A DNA stretch of 64,000 bases, taken from assembly GCA_964016885.1 (NCBI GenBank), contig OZ024741.1, forward strand, positions 353,214,001 to 353,278,000, in the 5' to 3' direction. The position numbers were made by a program, and so were the translations under genes. Below, piece after piece: positions 43,070-58,179 of this stretch. The DNA comes from Eledone cirrhosa (lineage: Eukaryota). Under the pieces are notes generated by a model, which saw nothing but the letters and a program-made list of their open reading frames with translations, was not told the origin of the DNA and did no database searches. Every line of letters begins with the position of its first letter. Positions within the stretch are counted from its first letter, which is position 1.

Positions 43070-43673
43070 GTGTGTATGTGTGTGTGCGTGCGTGTGTATG
43101 TTTGTGTGTAGGTGTGTCTGTGTGTCTGTGTGTGAGCCTGTGTGTAAGTATGTGGGTCATGTATATTTATACACGCGTACACATATATTTATAAGTAGTG
43201 TTATGTACAAAACAAAGTTAGTCCTTTACTAATATGTACATTACCTTACACAGCACATATTAACTAAACTACATTTCTTTATAACTATAAACTATTATTT
43301 TTTCACCGGAACAGTGGCTCGAGAGGCAAACCTAACTCTAATAATATTGCCAAAACCGGTCTTTTCCATTACACATGATATTTTGCCAAAACTTTGAGAT
43401 TTACTCCAAGGTTCATTCATAAAGAGGGTTATATATGTTTGGAACACACACACAGGCACACGCGCAGACATGCGAACGCACACAGATGCACACACGCACA
43501 CACACGCATACACTTATGTATGTATGTGTTTGTGTGTGTGTACCTATTTTCTCAAAATGAGGTCATTAATTTCAGCCATTCGGTTTCATCAAAGACAATT
43601 CAAGTTACTATTGTAATAAACCCGATATAAGTATGTTTGCATACGCATATATGTATGTATGTATGTATGTATG

Positions 43674-43707
<34 letters not shown>

Positions 43708-43784
43708 TGTATGTATGTATGTATGTATGAATGATTGTATGTATGTATGGTATGTATGGATGTGTGTGTATGTATGTATGTATG

Positions 43785-43857
<73 letters not shown>

Positions 43858-43860
<3 letters not shown>

Positions 43861-44027
43861 GTAAAAGGTAAACAGAAATAACAACACAATCGGTACTGTA
43901 TATGGAAGGGATATATTAGGTTAACGCTTGATGTATCAGGAAGAGCATATTAACGTTTCGGAAGCTAGTCCTTCATCACAAGAAAGAATGAGAAATAAGA
44001 TAGATTAAGGGGACGGGCGGGATGGAA
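43858..44027 (-). mobile_element. Family H4 copy with decayed hammerhead
   Basis: GTGATGA-AGGAC-TAGC-TTCC-GAAACGTT at 43948-43983; flanked by (TA)n. Confidence 0.7.
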
Positions 44028-44039
44028 TATATATATATC

Positions 44040-44418
44040 TTATCTGTCCCATAGACTGGTGGACCATTGGGTCACCACACATGACCTGGCAACCAGCTCC
44101 TTCCATTCATTTCGCCTCTGCACCTTCCTAATGGTTGCACCCAACCATATGCCTGTATATTCCGGGATATTATCCTCCCATCTCTTTTTGCCTCTCTTCC
44201 TCCCTCCTTCTACTGTTGCCTGCAGGACAGTCTTGCAAGCCCTGAAGATCTTGTCATGTGCCCGTACCATCTCATTTTACATTTTTTTTACAATCGTCAA
44301 CAGGTCTTCGTAGGGCTCAATGGCTTGCAAAATTCTGTTTCACACCTCCTCCTTGGAGATGCTGGACATGACCAGAGAGCGCATCAGTTTGATCTTTGAG
44401 CTGAGGGACATGTTCTTG

Positions 44419-44420
<2 letters not shown>
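44040..44420 (-). mobile_element. RTE-clade LINE 3' fragment
   Basis: KTVLQATVEGGRKRG.KKRWEDNI...RRNEWKELV, typical of an RTE ORF end. Confidence 0.75.
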
Positions 44421-44472
<52 letters not shown>

Positions 44473-44481
44473 GTAAATGAC

Positions 44482-44632
44482 AGGGGCCGGACTGGTGAAA
44501 TTCCTTCAAAGTTTTATTCCTGCAAACATTTTATACATTTCAGTGCCCAGGTTACGTAGAATCCTAGCCACTAGAATATATATAGTGTTTGCAGAAATAA
44601 AACTTTGAAGGCATTTCACCAGTCCGGCCTCC
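44482..44632. repeat. ~48-bp inverted repeat next to (TA)n (probable fold-back PLE fragment)
   Basis: GGGGCCGGACTGGTGAAATTCCTTCAAAG... / ...CTTTGAAGGCATTTCACCAGTCCGGCCTCC. Confidence 0.6.
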
Positions 44633-44844
44633 TATAATTTCCTCAATAATAATCAACTCTGTACCCGCACCGCCAACAGATGGATGAGTTGCGCAATGTC
44701 GAGTGCCTTTCTTACTATTACATCATGGTTAACTATACGGACTGACCAGTTCTATCCAGTGGTGAACCACCAATTGAATGATGATATCAGTTTAACGCTT
44801 GATGTTTTAGGAAAAGAGCCGTAATATTTCGGATTTTCATGACA

Positions 44845-45037
44845 GTGGATTGGCAGTTTCGGTTGAGCGTCGAACAACATGCTTTATGGCATAGGGTTAC
44901 GCCCGTTTACTATCTGAGTTCAAATCCTGCCGAGGCTTACTTTGCTTTTCATCCTTACGGAATTGATAACATAAAGTACCAGTAATGAACTGGAGTTGAT
45001 TTAATTGACTTTCCCCTCCCCAAAAATTCTTGGCCTT
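44845..45037 (+). mobile_element. SINE family A copy
   Basis: GTGGATTGGCAG...GAGTTCAAATCC...TCATCCTTACGG. Confidence 0.7.
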
Positions 45038-47409
45038 TATATATAACGTTTGTGAATGGACGCAGAGTGGCGATGTTTTTCCCTGTCATTTTTTAAAAAA
45101 CTCACTAGGTTACTGGTTTCATTCATAAAGATCCTATATCCATCTCTAGTAATTCTATAATCATGATTGGCGAAGTAATGTAAAAAATTGTATTTACAGC
45201 ATTCTATAAGGTAGGTTTCCCACTGCTTGTTTTTATCAGTATTTTAAGAAATTATTGTGCTTAACACTAACAATGTAATTTAAATTAATCAAAATTACTT
45301 CGTTCGCTGCATCCAGTATATTTTCACCCATTTTACTAGGTGGGTATTTTTTTCCAGTCATTCTTATCAGAGGTATAATGCAGATAAAAGCACTCTGCGG
45401 TTAGCTCACTTCATGCTACTAATTGACTGAATTAAAAATGCAGTGAAGATATCCAATAAAAATAATAACAAGAATATTGTTCATTGCTTATATTTTCCTA
45501 ATAAGCAATATTTGTTAATAATTTTAACTTTAAATGCTTGTGATTTGTGTTTTCAGTTTTCAATTCATCATTCAAAGAAAACTGTGAACATTTATGAGCA
45601 GTTTAATAAACACAATGATCTATTTATCAGTCACATATACAATGGCCCATTCTGCCAAGTGAGCTTTGCTCTTCTAATGACAACGAGATAAACTGAGCCA
45701 TAAAGATTTTAAAATATTTGCTAGAGTGAGATGTTAATCTATTGGTATTTTAGTAATAGTTTAAAAAAAAATAAAGGCAATATGAGAATATCAAGATTGG
45801 TTTGTAACATCAAACATCCTAATGAACACATTTTGTTTGTAGAAACAAAATGGCTGATTAATAAGATACCGTTGTAAATAGTTTATTTTACTAAATGGAA
45901 AATGTGATAAAGTCTATACAACACACATGGTAATAAAGAAACAAAAAAAGAAAGGAAAAGAAAAATGACAAAATGATTAAGCAACGAAAGAAAGGTAGAG
46001 GGAAGGGAGTGACAGAATCTACACCCCAGTCTGAACGGTGTTTCAGCTGTGACCCTGGAACAAAATGGCAAAGCTTTGCCGCAGTGGCAGTCACCCCACA
46101 CCACGGGTTCTTTCCCAGGACTTCATCTTTCCGATTTGACGGAGAAAATCAACAGTGTGAGGACCGAGGGCATCTGAAGGCTCAACGGTCACTGTGCACT
46201 TAATGTGTCATTTTTTTAATATCCACAGCAGCCATTTCACAAACTGTCAGAGAAAAACAGTTATATAGTTAATTCTTTGTGGTCAAGTTTATCTGGTTGT
46301 GGAGAGATAGGTGCTAAAATGTCCAGAAATGTTATTGCAGCACACTAGAATCAAATACAGATAGATATTCATGTTTCTTCTCCTTAATTATACAACATAT
46401 GGAATGAAACAGGACTCTACAGTTTTTAGAATGATATATAGAATATAGATATGAATGACTAGTAGCCAGCAGTGTTGGCTACTAGACCAGTCATATGGAT
46501 ATATTTGAACCATATACAAGCATTTGCACAATTCTATTTTTCAACACCAGCCAGTGTTCACTACTTTATATTTACTTACTGATTCGTGATCACTATTTCT
46601 TCAAGTAAGGCGATATTTATGCCTCTCTAATAATCTTGTGATACAACTGAAATATGTCCGGAGTTTTCGTCCCTACTGGCCGAAATAAATAAAATACTAA
46701 TAGACACCGAATATTTATTTGAAATTGGCTATTAAATGTTTCCTGTATTAAATATGTCAACCCAACCTTATTTATATATGATACTATAGGAAAGGAAATG
46801 GCCCTTAACTCCCAATGTAGTGGTAGGGACGCCGTCGTGGTACCTGGCTGAACATATCCGTCTCCATCTCTGAACACAGTATTTAATCTAACATTCAAAC
46901 GATTCTGCTAATTCGCCACCCTTTATGATACAGTTTTGTTCCTAAATGTTATCGTTTACTGGTGACTATTTTATTGATAATGGACTATTAAAATATTATT
47001 TTAAACAATAAACACAATACAATCTGAACTCTATATAGTAAAGAGGTAACAAATACTAAAAAATAGAATATAAATTCCTATTGGACGGAACATGTCCTCT
47101 GATTTGAATTCCTGATTGAAGTTCATATTTAATGGGATACTATAGTATGTCCAGTGGTGAATTCTGAAGTGAAATTACATCAGGTTTATCTGGTAGTTAT
47201 TCCTATCAGCTATGTGGAATGTTACATGAAGTGCTAAGTATAAAGTTTGAATTTCGATTACCCAATACCATATTCAATCAGTCAAATCAGCCATTTAATT
47301 CCTACAAACACATCCCATCACTAAATATCGTGCGAATGGCTATATTAAGCAAATGGCTATCTTAAATGAATGCCTATATACGTCAGACTAGTGTAGAGGT
47401 TAATTAACA

Positions 47410-47729
47410 CGTATTGGTCCCGAATGACCATGGTTTTGCACCTGGAAAGTTCCTCTCCGAGGCACAAGCCTGGGCAAGGTGTGTTTCTGGAAACTGGCGT
47501 GCATGTCAGTTTCCCCTCTCCACACCCTCAATGTTGTTCAAGGGAAATTCAATGGCCTATTGAGCTTGGTACCAGTGACGTTGCAACTCAATTCTACAGC
47601 TGAATGATCTGGAGCATTATGAAATAAAGCGTTTTGCTCAAAAACACAACGTACCGCCCGCTCCAGGATCCGAACTCACAACTTTACGATTGTGAGCGCA
47701 ACTCTCTAACCACTAAGCTACGCGCCTTC
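47410..47729 (-). mobile_element. tRNA-derived SINE (family B)
   Basis: Minus-strand 5' end GGCGCGTAGCTTAGTGGTTAG (A box) ... GAGTTCGGATCC (B box), then GTTGTGTTTTTGAGCAAAAC. Confidence 0.7.
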
Positions 47730-48544
47730 ACAAATGATACATAAATAAATGAGTGGGACATGTGTTAAATAACACATAACCGACTCATTTATTATGGTAA
47801 ACAGAGTAATAAATATTCTGTGAGAAATTCATTCGCCTTTTGACAAGTTTTCTTTTAAATTCTTCTGGTAACCCTACTTCACTGAATAAGTAAAATGTGG
47901 AGGAGGAGTCGTTTAGTTTCCGACCATCCGATTGTAAGTTTACGCAGTCCAATAAACTATAAAACAGGACACAGCTCACTGCTTGAACTGGCGAGTTTCA
48001 TTAACTTTCATTGATCAGTGTGTTGTTCCTTAAGAAAACACTGTAGATGCATCATATAGAATGTCAACAGGAGACTCTTTCGACCTAGCAACGCACTTTA
48101 TACATATGTTGTCTATGTGTACGAATGTAATGTAAGTATAACATTATAACAAGAGTAAAAGAGGTTTGGTTTGCGATGAACACATAATATTCGCGTATGG
48201 AAAATAACGAAATAACTGAATCATGATGAAAATAAGATTTTCAGAAAAATCAATCATTTCCTTCCCTTTCTGACAAAATGTCATCAGCAAACCTTATATT
48301 CTGGCATTGAAATAAGTTAACTGGTATAATAGAGCTATTCCTTTTAAGTGCCGAAGACATAAAATATCAGAGAATAGTCAATGAATATTCTGTTTGAACC
48401 AGCACTCGGACTATTCAATTAATGTGCATAGAAATGTGATAAAACACACTGTAAAGCTTAGAATACAGAGCACCAAACAATTCTACGCTCAATACCGATA
48501 CACACACAGTTATGTCTACTCACACATATACATACAGAAAGCAT

Positions 48545-48599
<55 letters not shown>

Positions 48600-49058
48600 A
48601 CCACAGAACACAAACACATAAAAACAACAAATAAAAATTACACAACCAGATATTATTATAAAGAAACATTATAACTTTGTGACTATATTCACTTTGAAAT
48701 GTTTTATGCTGACATGAATAAAATATTGAAAGAAACAGATAGTTAATGCTTCCATCTTTTTATTTGTTAGCAGTTTCATATAATCTATTTTTTCTTCTTC
48801 ATCTTTTCCTTCTTCTTTCATTTATTTTCTAGATTATTGTAATTTTTTCCTCTAGCAAACCTAATGCTTTGTTCCTTCACTACAGCTAAATAAGCATTGA
48901 CTATGCTATGAGAATGATGGTTAAAATTCACAGAAATACTTTATCGCAAATTTAAAGTTTGGATTTCCTATATTAAAAGATGCTACTTTAAATATCATAT
49001 GCACACATTCAAAAAGTTCTACACATGTATGAACATATATACGCATGTATTTATGCGG

Positions 49059-49105
<47 letters not shown>

Positions 49106-49205
49106 AATATATATAGATACATAAGTGTCTGTGTTTGTGTGTGTAGTTAAGATATTTCTATACAATTTTAACTTAAATAATATATCTGTTTTATACTGAT
49201 AAACT

Positions 49206-49326
<121 letters not shown>

Positions 49327-49689
49327 GTTTCGAGTCATCTATGCATTAACTTTTGATAACATGTTTTCGTTTTTGTTTTGTTGTTTCATTTATTATTTAA
49401 GGACTCTCTCTTTCACTCCTTATCTTCCCCCTCACTCTCACTTTCTATCTCTTTAATTTCAAGTAAAAATGAAAGTATTTACTTCAATAATAAGATTTAG
49501 GCACAAGGCCAGCAATTTTTGAGAAAGAGAAGGTTCATTAAATCGTGAGAATTTTGAAAGGCAATGTTGACTTCGACAACAAATGCTCCTAATTCGCCGC
49601 CCTAAATTAAATAATTTAAAACTATTTTCATGTTCATTTAATCATAAATTGTTATTGATAATTTTAATTATGAAAAACTATTTATATAA

Positions 49690-49850
49690 AGGCGACGAAA
49701 TGGCGTTAAGACGTCGGATAGAATGCTTTACGGTATTCATCCCTTCTCATTGCTCGCTCAGAGTTTAAATCCCCCCGTAGTCGACTTTGCCTTTCATCCT
49801 TTCGAGGTCGATAAAAAAAAGTACCAGTCCAATATTGGGGTAGATTCTTC
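49690..49850 (+). mobile_element. Diverged SINE family A copy
   Basis: GACTTTGCCTTTCATCCTTTCGAGGTCGATAAAA...GTACCAG. Confidence 0.65.
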
Positions 49851-49994
49851 CCCTATAGAAAGAATCGGCTGTGTTCAAACCTGGAGAGGGTTGTACTCCA
49901 GATATAAAAGTGCCCTAGACACGCTGTATGACAGTGCCTCTACGACACCACGAGTATTTATGGTATCTTTCTTCTTCTTTTCTTAAGCCAGAAA

Positions 49995-50205
49995 GCTCAT
50001 TTGCCCGGTGATTATCCCGGTTTCATGGCGTGAAGCGACTGAGAGTACAAGACACCCCGCTGGACAGGACGCCAGTCCATCGCAGGGTTAAACCCCCAGC
50101 TATTGCTGGTACTCATTTTTGGTTGAGTATACTGGAGCAACGTAAAATAAAGTGTTTTGCTCAAGAACACAACACGCAACCCAAGAATCGAACCCACGAC
50201 ATTAT
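49995..50205 (-). mobile_element. SINE with Meta-domain-like core
   Basis: Minus strand AACCCTGCGATGGACTGGCGTCCTGTCCAGCGGGG...GTCGCTTCACGCCATGAAACCGGGATAA; B box GGTTCGATTC. Confidence 0.65.
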
Positions 50206-50761
50206 AATCGGTAGCCCACTATGGGATCTTTATCCTATCCTTATTTATATAGCGCGCATATTGTTAGCAGAGTGCAATATACAGCAGATTTCAGTAAACC
50301 TGATGAAAAAGATAACTTTCCAAGAAAAAACCAGGGAATGTTTTATTAAAGTGAATATGACTGCATTAACAACAATTCTGTTTTAGGTATAGATATTTTT
50401 CAATCTCAGTAACGCAGGTTATCCCACTAAAATGAATTTTCCCTAGGTATCTGTTGTTATTTTCTTTCCAGCTTCTGAGACAATAAATTCTTTCCGTATA
50501 AATATATACGTGGATTTTTGTAGTCTGGCGGATTTTTGTGTACTAAACTAGGAGGATACTGGCCGTTTCAATTGAATAAATTGAGAGTACTTTAATGTTT
50601 TCATATGTTAATCTGTCGTTACAATAATGACACTGTTTTCATAGCTTAGGCTTCTGGCTGGGAATGTTGTCTTACGATTGATTCTATGTGTACCTCATAT
50701 GAATTCGTTGAGAAATTTATCAGCAATGAGATCAGAATCATTGGATATCGATCTAAACCGT

Positions 50762-50850
<89 letters not shown>

Positions 50851-50873
50851 TAGATAGATATAGATAGATATTT

Positions 50874-50956
<83 letters not shown>

Positions 50957-51527
50957 CCTCTTTGCCACATATTTGACTTGTTTAACTCCTAAAATGTCAC
51001 TGATGAGACAGAAATATTATGTTTAAATCTCGTCGAAGTCAGCTATGCCGTTCGTAATTCCGGGGGTCGATATAAACAACTTCTCCAAAAATTGCTCGCC
51101 TTCTGTCAAAATTAGAAATCTTTATTGCTGTTTACACATATATTTTGAAAGACTTTTTATATTGAGCGACTATCTGTAGGATATATACCAGACTACTAAG
51201 AACATGATGGAAAACAATTTCACTCCTTACAAGAAAGATAATGTTTTAAGAAAAATTACATAACTAAATTTGAATGTATTAACAACAATTATTGTCCAGT
51301 CTACTGCCTATCGAACTCACAAGCAAGATTGCTATCTGTCTGCATGGACGTTGATTGTACAAGAGGAAGCAAATTGATTATCTCTACAAGAACAAAATCT
51401 CAGAATTTTGATTAGATTTCAAATTACTAAAATCTATATGTAAAAGAGTATCTTCAACTATGATGAAGAAACATAAAGACATGCTTTTATATAATCAAAT
51501 CTTTCACGAATTGGATGCCAGGTATAT

Positions 51528-51568
51528 GTAGCTGAAGAGACCTAATATGATCGAAACATGTCCGGTAC
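51528..51568 (+). ncRNA. Decayed minimal hammerhead motif
   Basis: CTGAAGA-GACC...GATC-GAAA-CATG-TC with a palindromic tetraloop in helix III. Stems I and II are imperfect. Confidence 0.5.
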
Positions 51569-52673
51569 TTTCATCAAGTTACTCCAATCTTACTGTATTG
51601 TCCTAAATTATTCCTAAAGAATTGGTTCAGTTTAGGTTATAAAGGTTTCCATCTTTGTTTACTTTCGAACGACTGAACAACCCTAAAGGTAGATCCGGTT
51701 AAGATATTGCGAGGATAGTCTCCGTTGATCAAAGGTTTCAACACTCACCATATTCAAACAGCGTGATTCTATTTGCACTTGTATGTGTGTGAGTGTGTGT
51801 ATGTGTGATGTGTGCGTGCATGTGTATATATGTGTATATGTCGGCGCATATATATATATATATATTATGTGTGTGTCTGTTCGTGTGCTGTACTAAATGA
51901 GTCAAAGCCTAAATGAGTCAGCATATGCTATAGTATTCGCAATATCAAGTTATCATCACCAAATATATTGAAAGGAATATACATAGTTTCTACAATACAA
52001 TTTTAAAATGTTACCTGAGTGGTATAGTTTATGATACACTATACCACAATACACTATATTATACCACGAAGCTTTAATAACTCAACATACGCCTCCTAAT
52101 TTCAGCTCTCTCGAGAAAAGCTTTGTGGTACTCATATGAGAATATGGTGATGTGAAAATACTAAAGAAATTTAACATACAGACATACCAGCACATTCCGC
52201 TGCATCGCATCTTGCGCAAGTACCCTTTACCTGACTCGTGTCGGCCCATGCTTTGTGATTGAAATATTTCGAATCTAATCTGATGGACGGTACCTATAAT
52301 TGTGTTATCCTGAATTTCACTAAGAATTACGTTATGGGTACACGTGTCTGTGGAATCCTTAGCCACGCTAATTTCACGTGTATGCTGTTTCCGTTAATCA
52401 AACATATGGACCAAACTAAGCACCCTTAGCCCGTTTAGTATCACCACCTACTAGCGGTAGCATTACAACAAGCAAACAAACTAGTGCAACATCAATAACT
52501 AATACTATAACAACCAATACATAACACCATGTTGTTAAGGTAAGACTATGACAACGTGATTTCGGGTTCAATTCCACTGATTGGCAGCTTGGACAAATCT
52601 CTACTACTTTAACCTCGGATGGACTTTATGGCTTGTGAGTGAAGTTTGGTAAATGAAAATTGTCTGGAAACAC

Positions 52674-52746
<73 letters not shown>

Positions 52747-53272
52747 TCTCCTACTTTCTTTCTCCCCCTCTGTCATGTCAGTTAACTCTTCCTCACACTT
52801 CCACTCACTCACTCACTGTTTCTCCTCTTCTCACTTCACCCCGTTCGCGACGAAAACATTTTCTCTCTTTCTCACATTTGGATTCGTTCCCGAAAGGTCT
52901 TTTTTCTAAGCGCTCATATTTTCACCTAGCTTATGTTAACAGAATAACTATGTAGCTTGTTCCCTTCCTTCTACGGTTAGCTCTCCTCTTTGTTGTTATC
53001 TTGTCTCACTCGCTTTATGCGTTTTAATTGTCCTAATAACTTAATTTAGTTATTATTGCACCGACGTGAGGTATATGATTTTTAATGCAATGAAATATCT
53101 ATGATCGTCGGCAAATCACTGATGAGGGACTCATTTTATTACATGTTATCCATGTGCAACCTGCAGTATTCTTCTCCCCATTTTTTCACATATATATATA
53201 TATATATGTCAACTCTGGACAGAGACCGCTGGAGAGAACTCGTCCATGGATCTCGGGAATTTTACCCGCCTT

Positions 53273-53373
<101 letters not shown>

Positions 53374-53389
53374 TATTTATATATATAGT

Positions 53390-54100
53390 TTTGGTAAAGA
53401 TATCCAAGGTATAGAGCAACTCAAGTCCATCAAACAAAACAAAACAAAGTAATGTTCTATCCAGTGTGCATGAGAACACATGTGGTCTATAATATCACGT
53501 GCAAAAAATGTAGCTCCTCATACATCTTAAGTACCATAAGGAGGCTACACATACGGATCAAAGTAAACGTGACAATGAGACCCTTTTCCATTAAAAAACA
53601 TCTTGACAGATGCCACAAACAAGACATTGAGGTCACCATAGAGGCGGCGAAAAAAGAAATATGGGAAATTTAAGGATTAATGAAGCCCTATTCATCAGCC
53701 GAATAAAACCTGAGATCAGGAATGCGTGTAGCAGAATGGTTACTGCAGCCATCCCATGCATCCGCATGCGTTTTGTAAACACATAGACAAGTTAGGGAAG
53801 AACGCTCTGAAAACTCTGCTCGCTCGTTTGTTTTGCCTTGGACTGTTTCAGAGGGTAGTGCCCCTGAAATATCATGTTGAAATACACTGGGTAAAACATT
53901 ACTTTGTTAGGTTTTGTTTCATTTGTCATCATTTGCCTTTCGTATTTTTCTACTGCATTGTACTGGCTTTAAAAAAGAAATTACTACATATCTCACGATG
54001 CTTCGTACTAACTACACAACTCTCTATCTCTCTCTCTGATGAACGATCTAGACGTATGTTAATATTGTCTAGAATCCTAAAACCTTTGGTAATCGAGTAG
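53390..54100 (+). mobile_element. 5'-truncated Penelope-like element: GIY-YIG remnant plus 3' pLTR with decayed hammerhead
   Basis: VVYNITCKKCSSSYILSTIRRLHIRI...KHLDRC, then frameshifted LRINEALFISRIKPEI. CTGATGA...TCTAGAC/GTCTAGA...AAAACC-TTT-GGTA at 54036-54091. Flanked by TA repeats. Confidence 0.75.
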
Positions 54101-54149
54101 TTATATATAGTGTTGTTCACTGTCTAATTATACATATATATATAAATAC

Positions 54150-54590
<441 letters not shown>

Positions 54591-54600
54591 TAGATAGATA

Positions 54601-54636
<36 letters not shown>

Positions 54637-54652
54637 TAGATAGATAGATATA

Positions 54653-54699
54653 TAGGGTGTCCCCACAGTATTGTGTATACATTTTTTGGAGACACCCTG
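54653..54699. mobile_element. Tiny Tc1/mariner-type MITE
   Basis: (T)AGGGTGTCCCCA...TGGAGACACCCTG flanked by TA. Confidence 0.55.
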
Positions 54700-55289
54700 T
54701 ATATACAACCCCCCGCCCCTATATATATATAAATATATAGGTATGTGCGTGCGAGTGTGTATGTGTTTGTGTTTATTAAACGAGACAGATAAAATAAGTA
54801 TGGTGGTCTATATGATTGAATTAATCTTTACAAGGCGGAGCTCCATTATGGCAACTGTCTAATGGCTGAAACAATTGAAAGAATTTAAGAATATATGTGA
54901 TGGTCATATTGTTGTTATTGTAACAACAATAACTTCAACGCTACAGCTATTATAGCAACCAACATTTACTCAGATTGCCCCCCCCCCCCCCCCGCTACTC
55001 TCAGATTTCCCCCGCCCCACCTGCTACCCATAGACTACCTACCACCTTCACTGTTGCCATCATTGATCATCTACTCTAGCATTACGAACCAACGGTGGCT
55101 CCTCTACGAAGTAACTGGAGTTGTTAGAAATAGCAACCAATTTTCGCTTTTCACGCCCTAACGCCACAGAAAAGGACGTGTTACGTTGGATAGTGTTCAG
55201 TGTGTATAGTAAAATAAGACGAGATGGTCATGGTTGGAATGCCTTTGGTCTTCGGTCTTGCTTAATCCTGGCTGGCATGAGGTTAAACA

Positions 55290-57900
55290 ACAACTCCATC
55301 ATCGCCATCTCCTTCATCATTTCTATCATCAGCATCATCATCATCATCGTGAATATCATCATCCCCATCAACATCACCACCATTCTCCACATCATCACCA
55401 TCAACATCACCACCATTCTCCACATCATCACCATCAACATCACCACCAGCACCAACATTATCACCATTATCCGCACCATCAACAACAACCACCACCACCA
55501 CCACCACCACTACCACCACCACGACCACTACCATCACCACAACCACCACCATCAATATCACTACCACAACCACCACCACCCCACCACAACCACACCACTA
55601 CCACACCACCACCACAACCACCCCACCACCACCACCACCACCACCACCACCACCGTCAATATCACTACCACCCCCACCCCCACCCCACCACCACCACCTA
55701 AGCACTACCACCACTACTACCATCAACACCACCACCACCACCAACAACAACCCCCACCATCAATATCACTACCACAACCACCCCACCACCACCCCACCAC
55801 CACCACCACTACCATCAACACCACCACCACCACCACCACCAACCCCCACCATCAATATCACTACCACCCCACCCCACCCCCACCCCACCACCACCACCAC
55901 TACCATCAACACCACCACCACCACCAACCCCCACCATCAATATCACTACCACCCCCACCCCCACCCCACCACCACCACCACCACCACCACCACCACCACC
56001 ACCACCACCACCACCACCACCACCACCCCACCACCACCAATATTATCAGTATTATTGCTGTTGTCAATAGTAACGTGTCTAGACGCAACCACACGCCAGA
56101 CAACAGATCTGGTTGGAAAGTTTTATAGATTTCCCCCTACATTGATTCTCCACTTATTTGCTTGGATGGTCATGGATTTTTGGTGATGCCAGCTCAAGTG
56201 GCAGTAGAGGTGGTAGTAGCAACGATAATTGTTGTTGGGGTGGTAGTATTAGTGATAGTGGTGGTAGTGCTAGCTGGTGGTAGTGGTGGTAGTAGGTGTG
56301 GTTGTGATGGTTGTAGAGGTTATAGTGATGTTGGTAGTAGTGGTGGCTGTGATGGTTGTAGTGGTAGCGGTGGTGGTGCTGGTGGTAATAGTGTAGTGGT
56401 GGTAGTGGTGGTTGTAGTTGTGGTCATAGTGGTGGTGGTAGTAGTGGTTGTGATGGTTGTAGAGGTTATAGTGATGTTGGTAGTAGTGGTGGTAGTGGTG
56501 GTAGTAGTGGTGGTGGTGGTGGTTGTAGTGTAGTGGTGATAGTGGTGGTAGTGGTGGTTGTGATGGTGGTAGAAGTTATAGTGACGTTGGTAGTAGTGGT
56601 GGTAGTAGTGGTAGTAGTGCTGCTGGTGGTGGTGATGGTGGTGATTGTAGTGTAGTGGTGGTAATGGTGGTGGTAGTGGTGGTGATAGTGGTGGTGGTGG
56701 TGGTGATAGTGGTGGTAGGTGTGGTTGTGATGGCGGTTGTAGTTATAGTGTTGTTGGTAGTAGCAGTTATGGTGGTGGTAGTAGTGGTAGTGGTGGTGGT
56801 GGTGGTGGTGAGGGTAGTGGTGGTAGTGGTGGTGGTTATGGTGGTAGCTGTGGTTGTGATGGTTGTAGCAGTTATGGTGGTGGTAATGGTGGTATTGGTG
56901 GTAGTGGTGGTGGTAGTGGTGGCAGTAGTGATAGTCATAGTGGCAGTTATAGTGGTAGTTGTGTTGTTAGTAACAGTTATAATGGTAGTAGTAGAAGTTA
57001 TATTTGTAGTTGTGATGTTAGTGGTTGTTGTGATGGTTGTGGTATTGGTGGTTGTGGTTGTGGTTGTAGTGTGAGTGGTTGTGGTGATGGTTGTGGTATT
57101 GGTGGTTGTGACTGTAGTGTGGGTGGTTGTGGTATTGGTGATTGTGGTGGTGGTTGTGGTTGTAGCTTGTGTGATTGTGGTATTGGTGGTTGTGGCTGTA
57201 GTGTGGGTGGTTGTGGTGTTGGTGATTGTGGTGGTGGTTGTGGTTGTAGCGTGTATGGCTGTGGTGGTGGTAGTTGTGGCTGTAGTGTGGGTGGTTGTGG
57301 TTGTAGCGTGTGTGATTGTGGTATTGGTGGTTGTGGCTGTATTGTGGGTGGTTGTGGTATTGGTGATTGTGGTGGTGGTTGTGGTTGTAGCGTGTATGGC
57401 TGTGGTGGTGGTAGTTGTGGCTGTAGTGTGGGTGGTTGTGGTGATGGTGGTTGTGGTATTGGTGGTTGTGGCTGTAGTGTGGGTGGTTGTGGTATTGGTG
57501 ATTGTGGTGGTGGTTGTGGTGGTGGTAGCTGTGGCTGTAGTGTGGGTGGTTGTGGTGGTGGTTGTGGTGGTAGTTGTGGCTGTAGTGTCGGTGGTTGTGG
57601 TGGTAGTTGTGGCTGTAGTGTGGGTGGTTGTGGTATTGGTGATTGTGGTGGTGGTTGTAGTTGTAGCGTGTGTGGTTGTGGTGGTGGTGGTTGTAGTTGT
57701 AGTGTGTGTGGTTGTGGTGGTGGTGGTTGTAGTTGTAGTGTGTGTGGTTGTGGTGGTGGTGGTTGTAGTTGTAGTGTGTGTGGTTGTGGTAATTGTGATG
57801 TTTGCGGCGATTGCGGTGGTTGCAGTATTGAAGCTGGTTGTGTGGCTGTTCTGTAGTGTTTATGGTGGTTGGTTGGTTTGTTGTTGTTGTTGTTTCTGTT
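55290..57900. repeat. Low-complexity trinucleotide arrays: (CAT/CAC)-rich 55290-56040 and (GTG/GTT)-rich 56190-57900
   Basis: Directly visible, with internal higher-order repeats. Confidence 0.9.
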
Positions 57901-57961
57901 GATCTTGTTATCGTTGTTGCCCTTCTTCACGTCATCTTTGTTGTTGTTGTTACTATTATTA

Positions 57962-58172
57962 GGGCGGTGGATTGGCAGTATCGGTAGAGAGTCGGACGCC
58001 ATGCTTTGCAGCATAGAGTTACGGTCCTTTACGGTCTGAATTCAAATCCCGCTGAGGTTAACTTTGCCTTTCATCCTTATGGAGTCGATAAAATAAAGTA
58101 CCAGTAACGTGGTGGGGTCGATTAAATCGACCCCCCCTCCAAATTACTGGCCTTGTGTCTATAATAGAAATT
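57962..58172 (+). mobile_element. Full-length SINE family A copy
   Basis: GGGCGGTGGATTGGCAGTATCGG...AATTACTGGCCTTGTGTCTATAATAGAAA. Confidence 0.8.
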
Positions 58173-58179
58173 ACTATTA

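Noticed and set aside
47650-47729. tRNA gene
   Set aside because: The A/B boxes continue into a SINE body and there is no complete cloverleaf.
48262-48288. CTGATGA...GAAA on the minus strand (similar hits near 37440 and 62550)
   Set aside because: No compatible stem II, helix III or NUH site; these are chance matches.
52887-53130. Split hammerhead (GTTCCC-GAAA upstream, CTGATGA-GGGAC downstream)
   Set aside because: The halves are in reversed order and no stem I pairing was found.
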